Below are positions 11,211-20,749 of a stretch of 64,000 bases of DNA, piece after piece. A program made the translations under genes and the position numbers. Position 1 is the stretch's first letter, and each line of letters starts with the position of its first letter. The notes beneath the pieces were generated by a model. It saw only the letters and a list, made by a program, of their open reading frames with translations, was not told the origin of the DNA and did no database searches. The stretch is from Nitrospirota bacterium (GTDB lineage: Bacteria; Nitrospirota; UBA9217). Location of the stretch: NCBI GenBank assembly GCA_963741205.1, contig CAVUHW010000008.1, forward strand, positions 1 to 64,000, written 5' to 3'.

Positions 11211-12116
11211 TCAAAAAGGAATGAAAAAACTATGCGCTTTAATGAAATCTCTGAATGTGCCGACAGCTGTCGAAACAGCCCCTCTCTCGATTCCTATGAG
11301 ATAAAAGTGCCGCTTCATTTTTTTCCCCGGTATTCTTAGTAATTTCACCGTTCCCTCTTTGACCTCCGTAAACGCCGCCCATTTCGAAGCGAATGCGATG
11401 CCCAGCCCCGCCCGGACCATTTGAACGATTATATCGGGACTGCCGAGGACCATGCGGACTTTGATGTGTTTCTCATCGATTCCCGCGTCGCGAAAGTAGG
11501 CAGCAATCAGTTCTCGCATGCCGGACTCCCGGTCAGGAAGAATGAACGGTTCAGCGATCAGCTCCTCCAACGTGACATTCTTTTTTTTCGTCAAAGGATG
11601 GTTCTCGGAGGCGATGACGACGATTTCGTCCTCGGCAATCGAGTCTGCCGTGAAGGCCGGGTCCCCGACGGTACCCTCAATGATTCCAACATCGATCCTG
11701 CCGTCGCGCAAGTCTCGCACAACGGTTGCTGTTTCGCAAACCGAAAGATCGATTCTCATCCCGGGATGAGCCTTGGAAAACTCGTACATGACCTGGGGTA
11801 GAAAATGGACAGCCGGCGTTTTGCTTGCTCCCAGACGCAGGGTGTTCCTTGCGGTATGCGCGGCCATGCCGATGTCCTGCTCCATCCTCGTGTATTCTTC
11901 GAGGATCTTCTTTGCGTGTTCGTAGAAAAGCCTTCCTTCGGATGTGGGAAGCGCCGCCTTGCCCTTTCGATGTAGGAGCGTCACGCCCAATTCACCCTCC
12001 AGACTTTTAATGAGACGGCTCATGGCGGATTGGGTCATGTGCTTTGCCTGTGCGGCCCGGGAAAAGCTTTTGGTCTCGACAACGAGACAATATGATTTCA
12101 GCCTGTGGTCTTCCAT
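11211..12116 (-). CDS. LysR-family transcriptional regulator (CysL-like)
   Basis: 'SFSRAAQAKHMTQSAMSRLIKSLE' HTH plus substrate-binding domain. Confidence 0.93.
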   Translation of the reverse strand: MEDHRLKSYCLVVETKSFSRAAQAKHMTQSAMSRLIKSLEGELGVTLLHRKGKAALPTSEGRLFYEHAKKILEEYTRMEQDIGMAAHTARNTLRLGASKTPAVHFLPQVMYEFSKAHPGMRIDLSVCETATVVRDLRDGRIDVGIIEGTVGDPAFTADSIAEDEIVVIASENHPLTKKKNVTLEELIAEPFILPDRESGMRELIAAYFRDAGIDEKHIKVRMVLGSPDIIVQMVRAGLGIAFASKWAAFTEVKEGTVKLLRIPGKKMKRHFYLIGIERGAVSTAVGTFRDFIKAHSFFIPF

Positions 12117-12240
12117 CGCCCTCTCTACCTCACAGAGGCTTCATTGTAAAGACGCGGTCATGCTTTGTCAATGAATACCTTCCTTAATCACGAGCACGCC
12201 ATCGTCATTCAACTCTTCCCAAGAGAAAAACAACGCTTCT

Positions 12241-12306
12241 ATGAATATAATTCATGTCTGACATGAATTAAACGCATTTTACTTTCGCGGGCGACACCTC
12301 TACAAT
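12241..12306 (+). promoter_or_regulatory. LysR operator pair and -10 of the tupA cluster
   Basis: ATGAATATAATTCAT palindrome (T-N11-A) 12241-12255; degenerate copy ATGAATTAAACGCAT 12263-12277; TACAAT 12301-12306. Confidence 0.75.
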
Positions 12307-12336
12307 AAAGAAAAAGATGTCAAGGAGGCGGTTGTC

Positions 12337-13126
12337 ATGAAAATAAATCAGAAAATAAAGCTCGTCATAGCCTCGACTACCAGCACTCAGAACTCGGGTC
12401 TCTTCGATATTCTCATCCCGCCTATGAGAAAGTCGACACGCTACGGCGTAACCGTCGAGGTCATTGCCGTTGGAACCGGCAAGGCAATGCGGATTGCGAA
12501 AAAAGGACGAGGCGGACCTGCTCTTCGTCCATGACCCGTTCCGGGAGGAAAAGTTCGTCGCCGAGGGTTACGGCGTGAACCGAAGGCAGGTCATGCACAA
12601 TGATTTTGTCATTCTGGGGCCGAAAAGCGATCCGGCCCGCATCAGGGGCCACAAGAGCGCTATAGACGCCTTCGAGCTGATCGGAGAAAAAGGCGCGCCC
12701 TTCGTGTCGAGGGGCGATGATTCCGGAACGAACGCGAAGGAGCTGGATATCTGGGACGATGCGGGATTAAATCCCGAGGGGAAGGGCTGGTACTTCGAAA
12801 CCGGGGCCAAGATGGGAGACACGCTCCTTATGGCGGACAGGAAAAAGGCCTACACCCTCTCCGACCGGGGAACGTTCCTGAATTACGAGTCCCTGATTGC
12901 GCTGAAAATTCTTGTGGAAGGCGACATACTTCTCAAGAACCAGTACAGCGTTATTGCTGTAAGCCCGGCGAAATACCCCGCAGTGAGATACCGGGAAGCC
13001 ATGGATTTTATCGCCTTTGTCACTTCAGCCGAGGGACAGGGACTCATCGCCGGATATAAAAAGCGCGGCGTAAACTTGTTCACTCCGGATGCGGTCCCGG
13101 CTGCCTCACTGAAAAAGAAGGAATAA
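12337..13126 (+). CDS. tupA: TupA-like tungstate/oxyanion-binding protein 1 (no signal peptide; frameshifts near 12420 and 12500)
   Basis: STTSTQNSG, AVGTG, MHNDF, SRGDDSGT, DRGT, NQY motifs. Confidence 0.85.
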
Positions 13127-13143
13127 ATGAGAGGAGGTATCTC

Positions 13144-14019
13144 ATGCTCTTTATCAAAAGCTTCAAATCTGCGGTACTGTCTTGCCGTCAATCATTGTTT
13201 CGTTTCTAGTGGCGCAGCAACTCTGCGCCCGCGGCTCAAACGGCCACGGAGACCCCGAAGATACTGCTGGCCAGCACCATCGGCCCTATTGACGCAGGCA
13301 TCGTCGGGGCGCTGGAAGAGGCGTTCACAAAGAAAACAGGCATCGTCGTAGAACATCAGGGCGCGGGGACAGGGCAGGCGCTGAAAATGGCGGAAACCGG
13401 CAAGTTTGATCTTGTCCTGGTGCATGCGCGGGCTTTGGAGGAAAAGTTCGTGGCCGACGGTTTTGGAACGAAACGCTACGATCTCATGTACAACGATTTC
13501 GTCGTCCTTGGACCCGCTTCCGATCCTGCCGGGATCAGGGGAATGAAAGATGCGGCTGCTGCGTTGCGCAAGATCGCAGATGCAAAAGTCCTCTTCGTGA
13601 CGCGGGGCGATAAATCGGGCACCCACGTAAAGGAGCTGGAGGTTTGGAAAAAGGCGGGTATCGAACCGCAGGGGGCATGGTATGCCGTGTTTGAGCAGGG
13701 CGCAAAAGGGAACGCGCCCACCTTGGCCCATGCGAACGAAAAACAGGCCTATACGATCATGGACCGGGCCACCTACATCACCATGAAATCGAAGATCACC
13801 TTGCAGGTCCTGGTCGAACGGGACGATATTTTGCTGAATTTCATAACGCTTATACCGGTCAATCCCGCTAAGTTCCCGCACGTCCATCATAAGGAAGCCA
13901 TGCAGTTTGTGGAGTGGTTGCAGGGCAGAGATGCCCAGACTATTATCCGCGATTTTGGGAAGGACAAGTACGGGGAACCGCTTTTCTTCCCCAATTCACC
14001 GGAAGGGAAGAAGTTGTAA
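13144..14019 (+). CDS. TupA-like binding protein 2 (STIGP motif variant; 5' frameshifts)
   Basis: SD AGGAGG + ATG 13144; 'LLASTIGPIDAG...GAGTGQAL', MYNDF, TRGDKSGTH. Confidence 0.8.
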
Positions 14020-14043
14020 CCATTTTCGTTCCACGGAGGAAAC

Positions 14044-14859
14044 ATGAGAAAATTAATCGTACTGACCCTGGCATTGGTGTTTTTCGTCAGCACGGCCGCA
14101 GTTTCGGCGGAAACACGCATACGCATGGCCTCGACCACGAGCACGCAGAATTCCGGACTCTTCGACTATTTGCTGCCGATCTTCGAAAAGAAAACGGGAA
14201 TCAAGATTGATGTCGTTGCCGTGGGCACCGGCGCGGCCATCGAGATCGGGAAGCGCGGCGACGCCGACGTGGTTTTCGTGCACGCGAAGGAGCAGGAATT
14301 GAAGGCGGTTGAAGAAGGCTTTTTCGTGAACCGTCATGATGTGATGTACAATGACTTCCTGGTCATCGGCCCGACGAATGACCCGGCGAAGATCAAGGGC
14401 ATCAAATCCGCTCCCGATGCGTTCAAGAAAATCGCGGAATCGGGTGCCTCCTTCGTTTCGCGCGGGGACAAATCCGGCACCCACACCAAGGAACTTTCCC
14501 TCTGGAAGAAGACAGGCATAGATCCGACCGGGCAAAAATGGTATCTCGAGGTCGGCCAGGGAATGGAAAAGACCCAGCGCGTTGCCGACGAGAAACGGGC
14601 ATACACGCTCACGGACCGCGGCACCTGGCTGGCCACGAAAGACAAGGACAAACTCGACATGGCCGTGGTCCTTGAAGGCGACCCCTCCCTGTTCAACCAG
14701 TACGGGGTCATGGCCGTGAACCCGGAAAAGAACAAGACCGTGAAATACAAAGAAGCCATGGAGTTCGTGACCTGGATCATTTCCAAGGAAGGGCAGGATG
14801 CTATAGCAGGATTCAAGGACAAGAACGGCAACGCTTTATTCATACCGAATGCCAAATAG
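14044..14859 (+). CDS. tupA: TupA tungstate-binding protein 3 (intact, signal peptide)
   Basis: Signal peptide, STTSTQNSG, AVGTG, SRGDKSGTH, DRGT. Confidence 0.92.
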   Translation: MRKLIVLTLALVFFVSTAAVSAETRIRMASTTSTQNSGLFDYLLPIFEKKTGIKIDVVAVGTGAAIEIGKRGDADVVFVHAKEQELKAVEEGFFVNRHDVMYNDFLVIGPTNDPAKIKGIKSAPDAFKKIAESGASFVSRGDKSGTHTKELSLWKKTGIDPTGQKWYLEVGQGMEKTQRVADEKRAYTLTDRGTWLATKDKDKLDMAVVLEGDPSLFNQYGVMAVNPEKNKTVKYKEAMEFVTWIISKEGQDAIAGFKDKNGNALFIPNAK

Positions 14860-14875
14860 CGACCAGGACCGGCGA

Positions 14876-14957
14876 GGACCGGTGCGTCACGCGCGAGGCA
14901 ATACTCCCAGGATTCCTCCGCGCGCGCCGGTCCCTGTCCTGTTTCCCGCCCTTTTTA
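14876..14957 (+). terminator. GC-rich hairpin after the tupA cluster
   Basis: GGACCGG...CGCGCG / CGCGCG...CCGGTCC stem with downstream T-tract. Confidence 0.45.
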
Positions 14958-15016
14958 TGAACCCGCCTCTCATCGTCGACATCCGCTGAACAAACCCAAA
15001 CCCGCCACGACATATT

Positions 15017-15070
15017 TTCATCAACTTTTCATCAAACCGTCATACGGATGTAACAGCAGCGGAGTATAGT
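15017..15070 (+). promoter_or_regulatory. Pho-box array promoter 1 (GH1)
   Basis: TTCAT 15017, TTCAT 15028, GTCAT 15039, GTAAC 15050; -10 TATAGT 15065. Confidence 0.85.
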
Positions 15071-15191
15071 CCCTTCTGCGGCAATCTCCTGCCTGCCGCT
15101 TCGCGGACGAGATCCACGAGATCGGCTTAGTCAAAGCGGGCTACAACCTCTCCCGAGGGTATGAATTTCGCCCGCCTTTTTTATAAGAACC

Positions 15192-16436
15192 ATGAAAACA
15201 TTTCCCGATGATTTTTTCTGGGGCGTCGCAACATCGGCCTTTCAGATCGAGGGCGCTCCCAGCGCCGATTGGACGACCTGGGACCCGGTCTTAAGCGATA
15301 TTCCGCAGATCACGAACCACTATAACCTCTTCCGGGAGGACCTCAAACTCCTCAAGGACCTCGGGGTAAATTCCTACCGATTTTCCCTCGAATGGAGCAG
15401 GATCCAGCCGGGGCCGTATACCTGGGACGAAGATGCCATCGCGCACTACCAGGAGATCATCGATATCCTGCGAAGCTACAATATCGAGCCCATGGTCACG
15501 CTCCATCATTTCACTCATCCCCGGTGGTTTCCGGAGCGGTCCCCCTGGCACCGGACCGCATCCATCGAGAAGTTCCTCCGCTATACGGAGATGATGGCCG
15601 CGACGCTCAGGAATGTCCGCTACTGGATAACCTTCAACGAGCCCTACGTCATCCTGATCGGCGGCTACATGGACGGGTGTACGCCTCCGGGCATTAAAAG
15701 CGTACCCCTTGCTCTGGTCGCCCTCAAAAATATTTTCACCGCCCACGGCAAGGCATACGACATCATCCACCGCTACGTCCCCGACGCCCGGGTCAGTGTC
15801 GCACACAACATGTCCGTGTTTTCTCCGTGGAAAAAATGGAACCCGCTGGACCGGCTCCTGAAGAAGGCCGCAAACTTCTTCTATAATCACTCGATCATCA
15901 ATGCATTCCAGACAGGGATCTTCATCGTCAAGTTCCCCTTTTCGAGGCCCGTGGAGATTGAGGTCCCGATCAAGGACAAGCTCGACTTTTTCGGCGTGAA
16001 TTACTATACCCGCATCCATCTCCGGTTCAATCCCCTCAAAAAAATGGGAGTGGAACTCCGGTATTCGGACATCGACGGGCACGGCCTCACCAATATCGGC
16101 TGGGAAGTCCATCCGCGCGGCCTGGCAAAGGTCCTCAGGTACGCGTCGCGGCTTAATCTGCCCATGATCATCACCGAGAACGGGATCGCGACGCATGATA
16201 CCGAAAAAAAAGTCAAGTATATGAAGCAGCATGTGGATGTCGTCGAACGCTGCCTGAAGGACGGGCTCGATGTCCGGGGATATTTCTACTGGACCCTGAT
16301 CGACAACTACGAATGGCTCCTGGGCCTCGACGCCCGGTTCGGCCTGTACCGGGTCGATTTCAAAACCCTCAAACGCTCCCCCACGAGTGCCGCGACCTAT
16401 TACGCCTACCTGATCCAGAGCCGGGCGAAAATTTAA
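15192..16436 (+). CDS. glycoside hydrolase family 1 (beta-glucosidase)
   Basis: FFWGVATSAFQIEG, YRFSLEWSRI, TFNEP acid/base, ITENG nucleophile, DNYEW. Confidence 0.95.
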   Translation: MKTFPDDFFWGVATSAFQIEGAPSADWTTWDPVLSDIPQITNHYNLFREDLKLLKDLGVNSYRFSLEWSRIQPGPYTWDEDAIAHYQEIIDILRSYNIEPMVTLHHFTHPRWFPERSPWHRTASIEKFLRYTEMMAATLRNVRYWITFNEPYVILIGGYMDGCTPPGIKSVPLALVALKNIFTAHGKAYDIIHRYVPDARVSVAHNMSVFSPWKKWNPLDRLLKKAANFFYNHSIINAFQTGIFIVKFPFSRPVEIEVPIKDKLDFFGVNYYTRIHLRFNPLKKMGVELRYSDIDGHGLTNIGWEVHPRGLAKVLRYASRLNLPMIITENGIATHDTEKKVKYMKQHVDVVERCLKDGLDVRGYFYWTLIDNYEWLLGLDARFGLYRVDFKTLKRSPTSAATYYAYLIQSRAKI

Positions 16437-16486
16437 CGGAAACTTCATCTCTTCTTCATACTCCCGTAACACCTTACGTGTATCGT
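16433..16486 (+). promoter_or_regulatory. Pho-box array promoter 2 (pentapeptide protein)
   Basis: TTAAC 16433, TTCAT 16444, TTCAT 16455, GTAAC 16466; -10 TATCGT 16481. Confidence 0.85.
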
Positions 16487-16575
16487 CGGAATGGTTGAGA
16501 CGTAGTGCTGCTCCTGGCTGCAGATGCCATGCATGGTATGCGGCTAAAGATCCTTTATGAAAAGGAGACAGGAAA

Positions 16576-16929
16576 ATGAAGAGAAGGACTGCAGCACTGC
16601 TGGGGATAACCATCCTTTGTGTGTTTCTGACGGGCAGTGTCCGTGTATGGTTTCGAACAGGCTGATTTGGATAGATTAAGAGAACCAATCAATGTCCCCA
16701 ATGTGACCTGAGCGGGGCGGACCTGAATGGGGTGAACCTGGAGGGGCAGGACCTCGGAGGGGCGGATATGAGCAGGGCGAACCTGAGCGGGAAATGCGAA
16801 CCTGAGCGGGGCGAACCTTCGACTGAGCGGAGCGGACCTGAGCGGAGCGGATTTGAGCGGGGCGAACCTGAGCGGAGCGGATTTGACGGAGCGAACTTGA
16901 ACGGGGCGGACCTGAACAAAGCCCCATAG
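16576..16929 (+). CDS. secreted pentapeptide-repeat protein (several indels)
   Basis: Signal-like [18 protein letters not shown], then '[19 protein letters not shown]...[13 protein letters not shown]' encoded by 15-bp DNA repeats. Confidence 0.8.
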
Positions 16930-17027
16930 AAAAATCTCCTTTCTTTTTGTGAGCAACAACTGAAACAAGTATATTCGCTTCTTATCATGCTTTCAAATTT
17001 CTTTTTCATTACTTGCCTACATTTCTT

Positions 17028-17081
17028 TTCACAGAAATTTAATGCTAATTTAATATGCCTGTAACATTCATCGCGTATACT
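17028..17081 (+). promoter_or_regulatory. Pho-box array promoter 3 (Cys-rich protein, three-helix protein, arsC)
   Basis: TTCAC 17028, TTAAT 17039, TTAAT 17050, GTAAC 17061; -10 TATACT 17076. Confidence 0.85.
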
Positions 17082-17105
17082 TTCGTACAAAATCAGGAGG
17101 TGAAT

Positions 17106-17314
17106 ATGTCTAGTTCGTCGCTATTGCAGTTGCAGAAGCTCCATCGACGGCAGCACATATCTCAATGTGCCCCTACAGAAACGTAAACAGCAAATATTGC
17201 TCCGCGTCCGTCATGAAGTCTGCGATCAGCCAACGACAAGATGCCGCATATTGCTCCACGGAAAGCTTCGATTGCTGCCCGATGTTCCTTGGAAAGGTCT
17301 TACGAGGGAATTGA
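17106..17314 (+). CDS. small cysteine-rich protein (not in the ORF track; one indel near the start)
   Basis: SD AGGAGG, ATG 17106; from 17165 reads MCPYRNVNSKYCSASVMKSAISQRQDAAYCSTESFDCCPMFLGKVLRGN*. Confidence 0.6.
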
Positions 17315-17375
17315 ATCAACCCGCTTCCATGAGCGGCGGTGACAGCGGCTTCATTTAAACCCGGTTTAAGGAGAG

Positions 17376-17627
17376 ATGATCATGCAAAACCCAGTGATGA
17401 CAGACCCTTCGCGGCGCAGCTATGACAAGGACAATGACCAGCACGTTTTCGCTATCGACAGGCTCGTGCATGAGCTCGGGATTCCCGCTGAGGAAGTAAA
17501 CAGGTCCTATCGGGAAATTTTGGAGGAACTGAAAAAAGACGCCTCAGCAAGGGCCTTTCTTCCTATCTTAGTCAGCACGGGCGTTAAAGAACGTTTAGCA
17601 GAGCAGCGGCGCCCTGTCATGTTCTGA
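17376..17627 (+). CDS. three-helix-bundle small protein (DUF3562-like), copy 1
   Basis: '[42 protein letters not shown]'; paralogue at 23143. Confidence 0.75.
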   Translation: MIMQNPVMTDPSRRSYDKDNDQHVFAIDRLVHELGIPAEEVNRSYREILEELKKDASARAFLPILVSTGVKERLAEQRRPVMF

Positions 17628-17670
17628 GACGCTTTGGATACTCAACTACCCCGACAGCGGAGACACTGTC

Positions 17671-18102
17671 ATGTCGAAACAAAAAGTACTATTCGTATGC
17701 GTTCATAACAGCGCCAGGAGCCAGATGGCGGAGGCGTTTCTCAACCACCTGGCAGGAGATAGATTCGAGGCAATGAGCGCGGGCCTGGAACCAGGTCAAT
17801 TGAACCCTTACGCGGTCAAGGTCATGGAGGAAGTCGGCCTGGATATTTCCCACAACAGGATGAAAGACGTCTTTACCCTCTATAAAAAAGGAGAATTATT
17901 CAGCTACGTCATATGTGTCTGCGATGAGACAAACGCTGAACGTTGCCCGACTTTTCCCGGCATATCCAGGAGAATAAATTGGAGCTTCGATGACCCGTCG
18001 AAATTGACCGGCACTGACGAGGAAAAGCTCCAGGCTGCCAAAAAAATACGCGATCGGATTTACCAGAAGATCGTAGAGTGGCTGAAGACGGTCCAACCAT
18101 GA
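17671..18102 (+). CDS. arsC: arsenate reductase, thioredoxin-coupled (LMW-PTP fold)
   Basis: [13 protein letters not shown]-loop, 'VCD...ERCP', WSFDDP. Confidence 0.9.
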   Translation: MSKQKVLFVCVHNSARSQMAEAFLNHLAGDRFEAMSAGLEPGQLNPYAVKVMEEVGLDISHNRMKDVFTLYKKGELFSYVICVCDETNAERCPTFPGISRRINWSFDDPSKLTGTDEEKLQAAKKIRDRIYQKIVEWLKTVQP

Positions 18103-18149
18103 GCCGCACGAAGGTCACAAAATAAGACCATCGGATCACCCGCCAAAAT

Positions 18150-18203
18150 TTAACGTAAAATTCATTTCTTCTTCATTCTCCCGTAAAAGCCCTCCTGTAT
18201 CAT
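18150..18203 (+). promoter_or_regulatory. Pho-box array promoter 4 (hypothetical protein)
   Basis: TTAAC 18150, TTCAT 18161, TTCAT 18172, GTAAA 18183; -10 TATCAT 18198. Confidence 0.85.
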
Positions 18204-18286
18204 TGACGCCATAGACGCAAACACGTATCACGCCAGGTAGAACGCCGGCAGAGTATTTGGCGAATCAGAAGTTCAAGGAGGATCAC

Positions 18287-18562
18287 ATGAACCACATCAT
18301 CATCAAGATTGAAAGCGGAGTTGTCGCCGATGTCTTCTTCACCGATCCGGTTATGGTGACCATCGTTGATCATGATGTCATTGAAGGCGGAGAATCCTTC
18401 GAAGATCGCATGAAAAAAGCGGTTTTAACAATGACGCCCGAGCAGCGCGTCAGGCCTGAGGACATCGAGGAGGCGGTCAGGACGCTGGTGCTTGAATGCC
18501 GCCGCCCCTATGACATACGAAAGCCCGGCCGGATCAAGAACAACGTCGAAGCTGCGGCATGA
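18287..18562 (+). CDS. hypothetical protein
   Basis: SD AGGAGG, ATG 18287, own Pho-type promoter; no family recognised. Confidence 0.7.
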   Translation: MNHIIIKIESGVVADVFFTDPVMVTIVDHDVIEGGESFEDRMKKAVLTMTPEQRVRPEDIEEAVRTLVLECRRPYDIRKPGRIKNNVEAAA

Positions 18563-18585
18563 GAAGGGAGGGGGACATGAAAAAC

Positions 18586-18639
18586 TTAACATAAACTTCA
18601 CGTTTCCGTAATACGGGGGTAACAATCACCCTGTAGTAT
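18586..18639 (+). promoter_or_regulatory. Pho-box array promoter 5 (PHP + glycosyltransferase), probably leaderless
   Basis: TTAAC 18586, TTCAC 18597, GTAAT 18608, GTAAC 18619; -10 TAGTAT 18634; ATG at 18647 with no SD. Confidence 0.85.
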
Positions 18640-18646
18640 ATCGACA

Positions 18647-19339
18647 ATGCTTCTGTGTGATTTTCATATTCACACCACCTTTTCGGATGGTTCGCTGGAG
18701 ATGAGAGAGACCATTGATCTTTTCGGCCAGGCTGGTTTTGATGTTATTGCAGTCACCGATCACGTCGTGAACGGCGACAATGTGATGGGCAAGTTTGCGC
18801 GAAAGTTCAACCTGTCCATTCGGGGCGATAATTTCGATGAATATCTTTCAACAATCCGGGCGGAGGCGGAGCGAGCCTGGGAAAAATACGGCATGCTCGT
18901 GGTCCCGGGTGTGGAGATCAGCAAGAATTACCTCTCGAAAGACGAATCGGCCCACCTCCTTCTCCTGGACATCAAGGAATTCATCCCCGCCTGCATGAGC
19001 TACGAAGAGATTTTTCTCGAAGCAAAGCGCCAGGACACCCTGACCGTCGCCTGTCACCCTCACCATACCCCGGACATGGTAAACAAAGACACGCTCTTTC
19101 TCTGGAACAACCGCGACAAGTATGCGAAGTACATCGATGCCTGGGAGATCGCAAACCGGGACGACGTGTTCAACGTGATCAGCCTGAAAAAATACCCCTA
19201 TATCGCCAATAGCGATTTTCACAAGGCCCATCACCTGTACTCGTGGAAGACTCTGCTGAACTGTGAAAAGGACATCGATTCGGTCAAGAACTGTATCAAA
19301 CACAATAAAGGGGTTGCGATCACGCTTTTCAGGAATTGA
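18647..19339 (+). CDS. PHP-domain metal-dependent phosphoesterase
   Basis: DFHIHTTFSDG, VTDH, GVE, HPH, NSDFH motifs. Confidence 0.9.
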   Translation: MLLCDFHIHTTFSDGSLEMRETIDLFGQAGFDVIAVTDHVVNGDNVMGKFARKFNLSIRGDNFDEYLSTIRAEAERAWEKYGMLVVPGVEISKNYLSKDESAHLLLLDIKEFIPACMSYEEIFLEAKRQDTLTVACHPHHTPDMVNKDTLFLWNNRDKYAKYIDAWEIANRDDVFNVISLKKYPYIANSDFHKAHHLYSWKTLLNCEKDIDSVKNCIKHNKGVAITLFRN

Positions 19340-19345
19340 ATACAA

Positions 19346-19428
19346 CCCCTCACCCCAGCCCTCTCCCCGAAGGGGCGAGGGAGTTTTTTCATTCCTCTCC
19401 TCTCTGGGGAGAGGATTAAGGTGAGGGG
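19346..19428. repeat. REP-like palindrome pair (CCCTCACCC-type)
   Basis: CCCCTCACCCCAGCCCTCTCCCC...GGGGAGAGGATTAAGGTGAGGGG. Confidence 0.75.
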
Positions 19429-19445
19429 CAAAGAGGAGGAACCAC

Positions 19446-20672
19446 ATGACGATATTTACCGTATGTGCAGCGATCTCAATCGCGGGGATCATACTCTACC
19501 TTCTCCAGGTCGGGGCGACGTATTCGGTCATCAAAAGAAAGAAAGAGCCTGCCGGCCAGGTATCAAATTTCCCCCCGGTCTCGATCCTGAAACCCCTCAA
19601 GGGACTTGACGACAACCTCTTTGACAACCTCGCGAGTTTTTGCACCCAGGATTATCCGACATACGAAATTCTTTTTTGCCTCCAGGACTTCAACGATCCC
19701 GCGTACAAAGTGGCAAAAAAAGTTCAGGACAAATATCCCGGCCGGAACATATCACTTGTAATAGAAAAGTGTAGTGCCGGGCTCAATCCCAAAGTAAATA
19801 ACCTCATCCCCGCTTATCGAAAAGCCCGACATCCTTACGTACTCATAAGCGACAGCAACGTTTTAGTTAACGAAAATTACCTTCAGGAGATCATGCGGCA
19901 TACCGCCGACCCGTCAGTCGGCCTCGTAAGCAACCTCATCCGGGGAGTTGGCGGGCGCAGCATGGGCGCGCTCTTCGAAAACCTTCACTTGAATTCATTC
20001 ATCATCGGAAGCGTCAGCTTTCTCGACAGATTCCTGGGGATGCCCTGCGTCATTGGGAAATCCATGCTCATGAAAAAGGCAGATCTGGAGGCGCTCGGCG
20101 GCCTGAGAGCCTTCAAGGATATCCTGGCGGAAGATTTCATTATCGGCAGAGAGATGCAGGCAGCCGGCAAGAAAGTCGTGCTGTCGAATTACCTGGTCAA
20201 GAATGTCAACGAGTATTGGGGCGTCAAACGATTCCTGAATCGCCACACGAGATGGGGAAAGCTCAGATGGAAGATCGGCGGAGTAAAATACCTATCCGAA
20301 CTGCTTGCCAATCCGGTATTTATCGCAGCCCTTCCGGTCCTGTTCAAGGGGCCGTCTCGTGAATCTCTCTCGTTCGCGGCCCTCATCGCTCTCATAAAAG
20401 TCCTTGGTGATTCCGTGATTGGAAGGACGATCGAAGCATCGTCTGCCAAAATTGATACGCATGCACAATCCCCGCTTATTTATTTCCTGGCGCCGGTTAA
20501 AGATATTCTCATCGGAATTCTCTGGTTCGTGCCGCTCTTAAGTTCGACCGTTGTCTGGCGGGGAAACCGGTATGTTATCGGGAAAGACTCCCGTTTATCA
20601 CCCTGCCCTGAGACCGGATTCTGGTCTTGGGGCTGGCGGCTCACGGACAGTATCCGGGCAAGAATTGCTTAG
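19446..20672 (+). CDS. ceramide glucosyltransferase-like / HpnI-like glycosyltransferase (GT21/GT2)
   Basis: N-terminal TM, SILKPLKG, NPKVNNL, ISDSN, LAED, RHTRW, C-terminal TMs, VVWRG. Confidence 0.9.
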   Translation: MTIFTVCAAISIAGIILYLLQVGATYSVIKRKKEPAGQVSNFPPVSILKPLKGLDDNLFDNLASFCTQDYPTYEILFCLQDFNDPAYKVAKKVQDKYPGRNISLVIEKCSAGLNPKVNNLIPAYRKARHPYVLISDSNVLVNENYLQEIMRHTADPSVGLVSNLIRGVGGRSMGALFENLHLNSFIIGSVSFLDRFLGMPCVIGKSMLMKKADLEALGGLRAFKDILAEDFIIGREMQAAGKKVVLSNYLVKNVNEYWGVKRFLNRHTRWGKLRWKIGGVKYLSELLANPVFIAALPVLFKGPSRESLSFAALIALIKVLGDSVIGRTIEASSAKIDTHAQSPLIYFLAPVKDILIGILWFVPLLSSTVVWRGNRYVIGKDSRLSPCPETGFWSWGWRLTDSIRARIA

Positions 20673-20749
20673 GGTAGCCGCAAACTTTAGTTTGCGCGGT
20701 TCTTTGTTTTCAGCGCATTTCACCACGCAGGCTAAAGCCTGCGGCTACC
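20673..20749. repeat. GTAG-type REP doublet, copy 1
   Basis: GGTAGCCGCAAACTTTAGTTTGCG...CGCAGGCTAAAGCCTGCGGCTACC. Confidence 0.8.

Noticed and set aside
15291-16688. Long antisense ORFs (e.g. 15291-16688, 62030-63499, 53163-54122, 32370-33332)
   Set aside because: Shadow frames opposite well-supported genes, expected in GC-rich coding DNA; no recognisable motifs.
16700-16920. Tandem 15-bp repeats as a CRISPR array or VNTR
   Set aside because: No unique spacers; the repeats encode pentapeptide A(D/N)LSG units.
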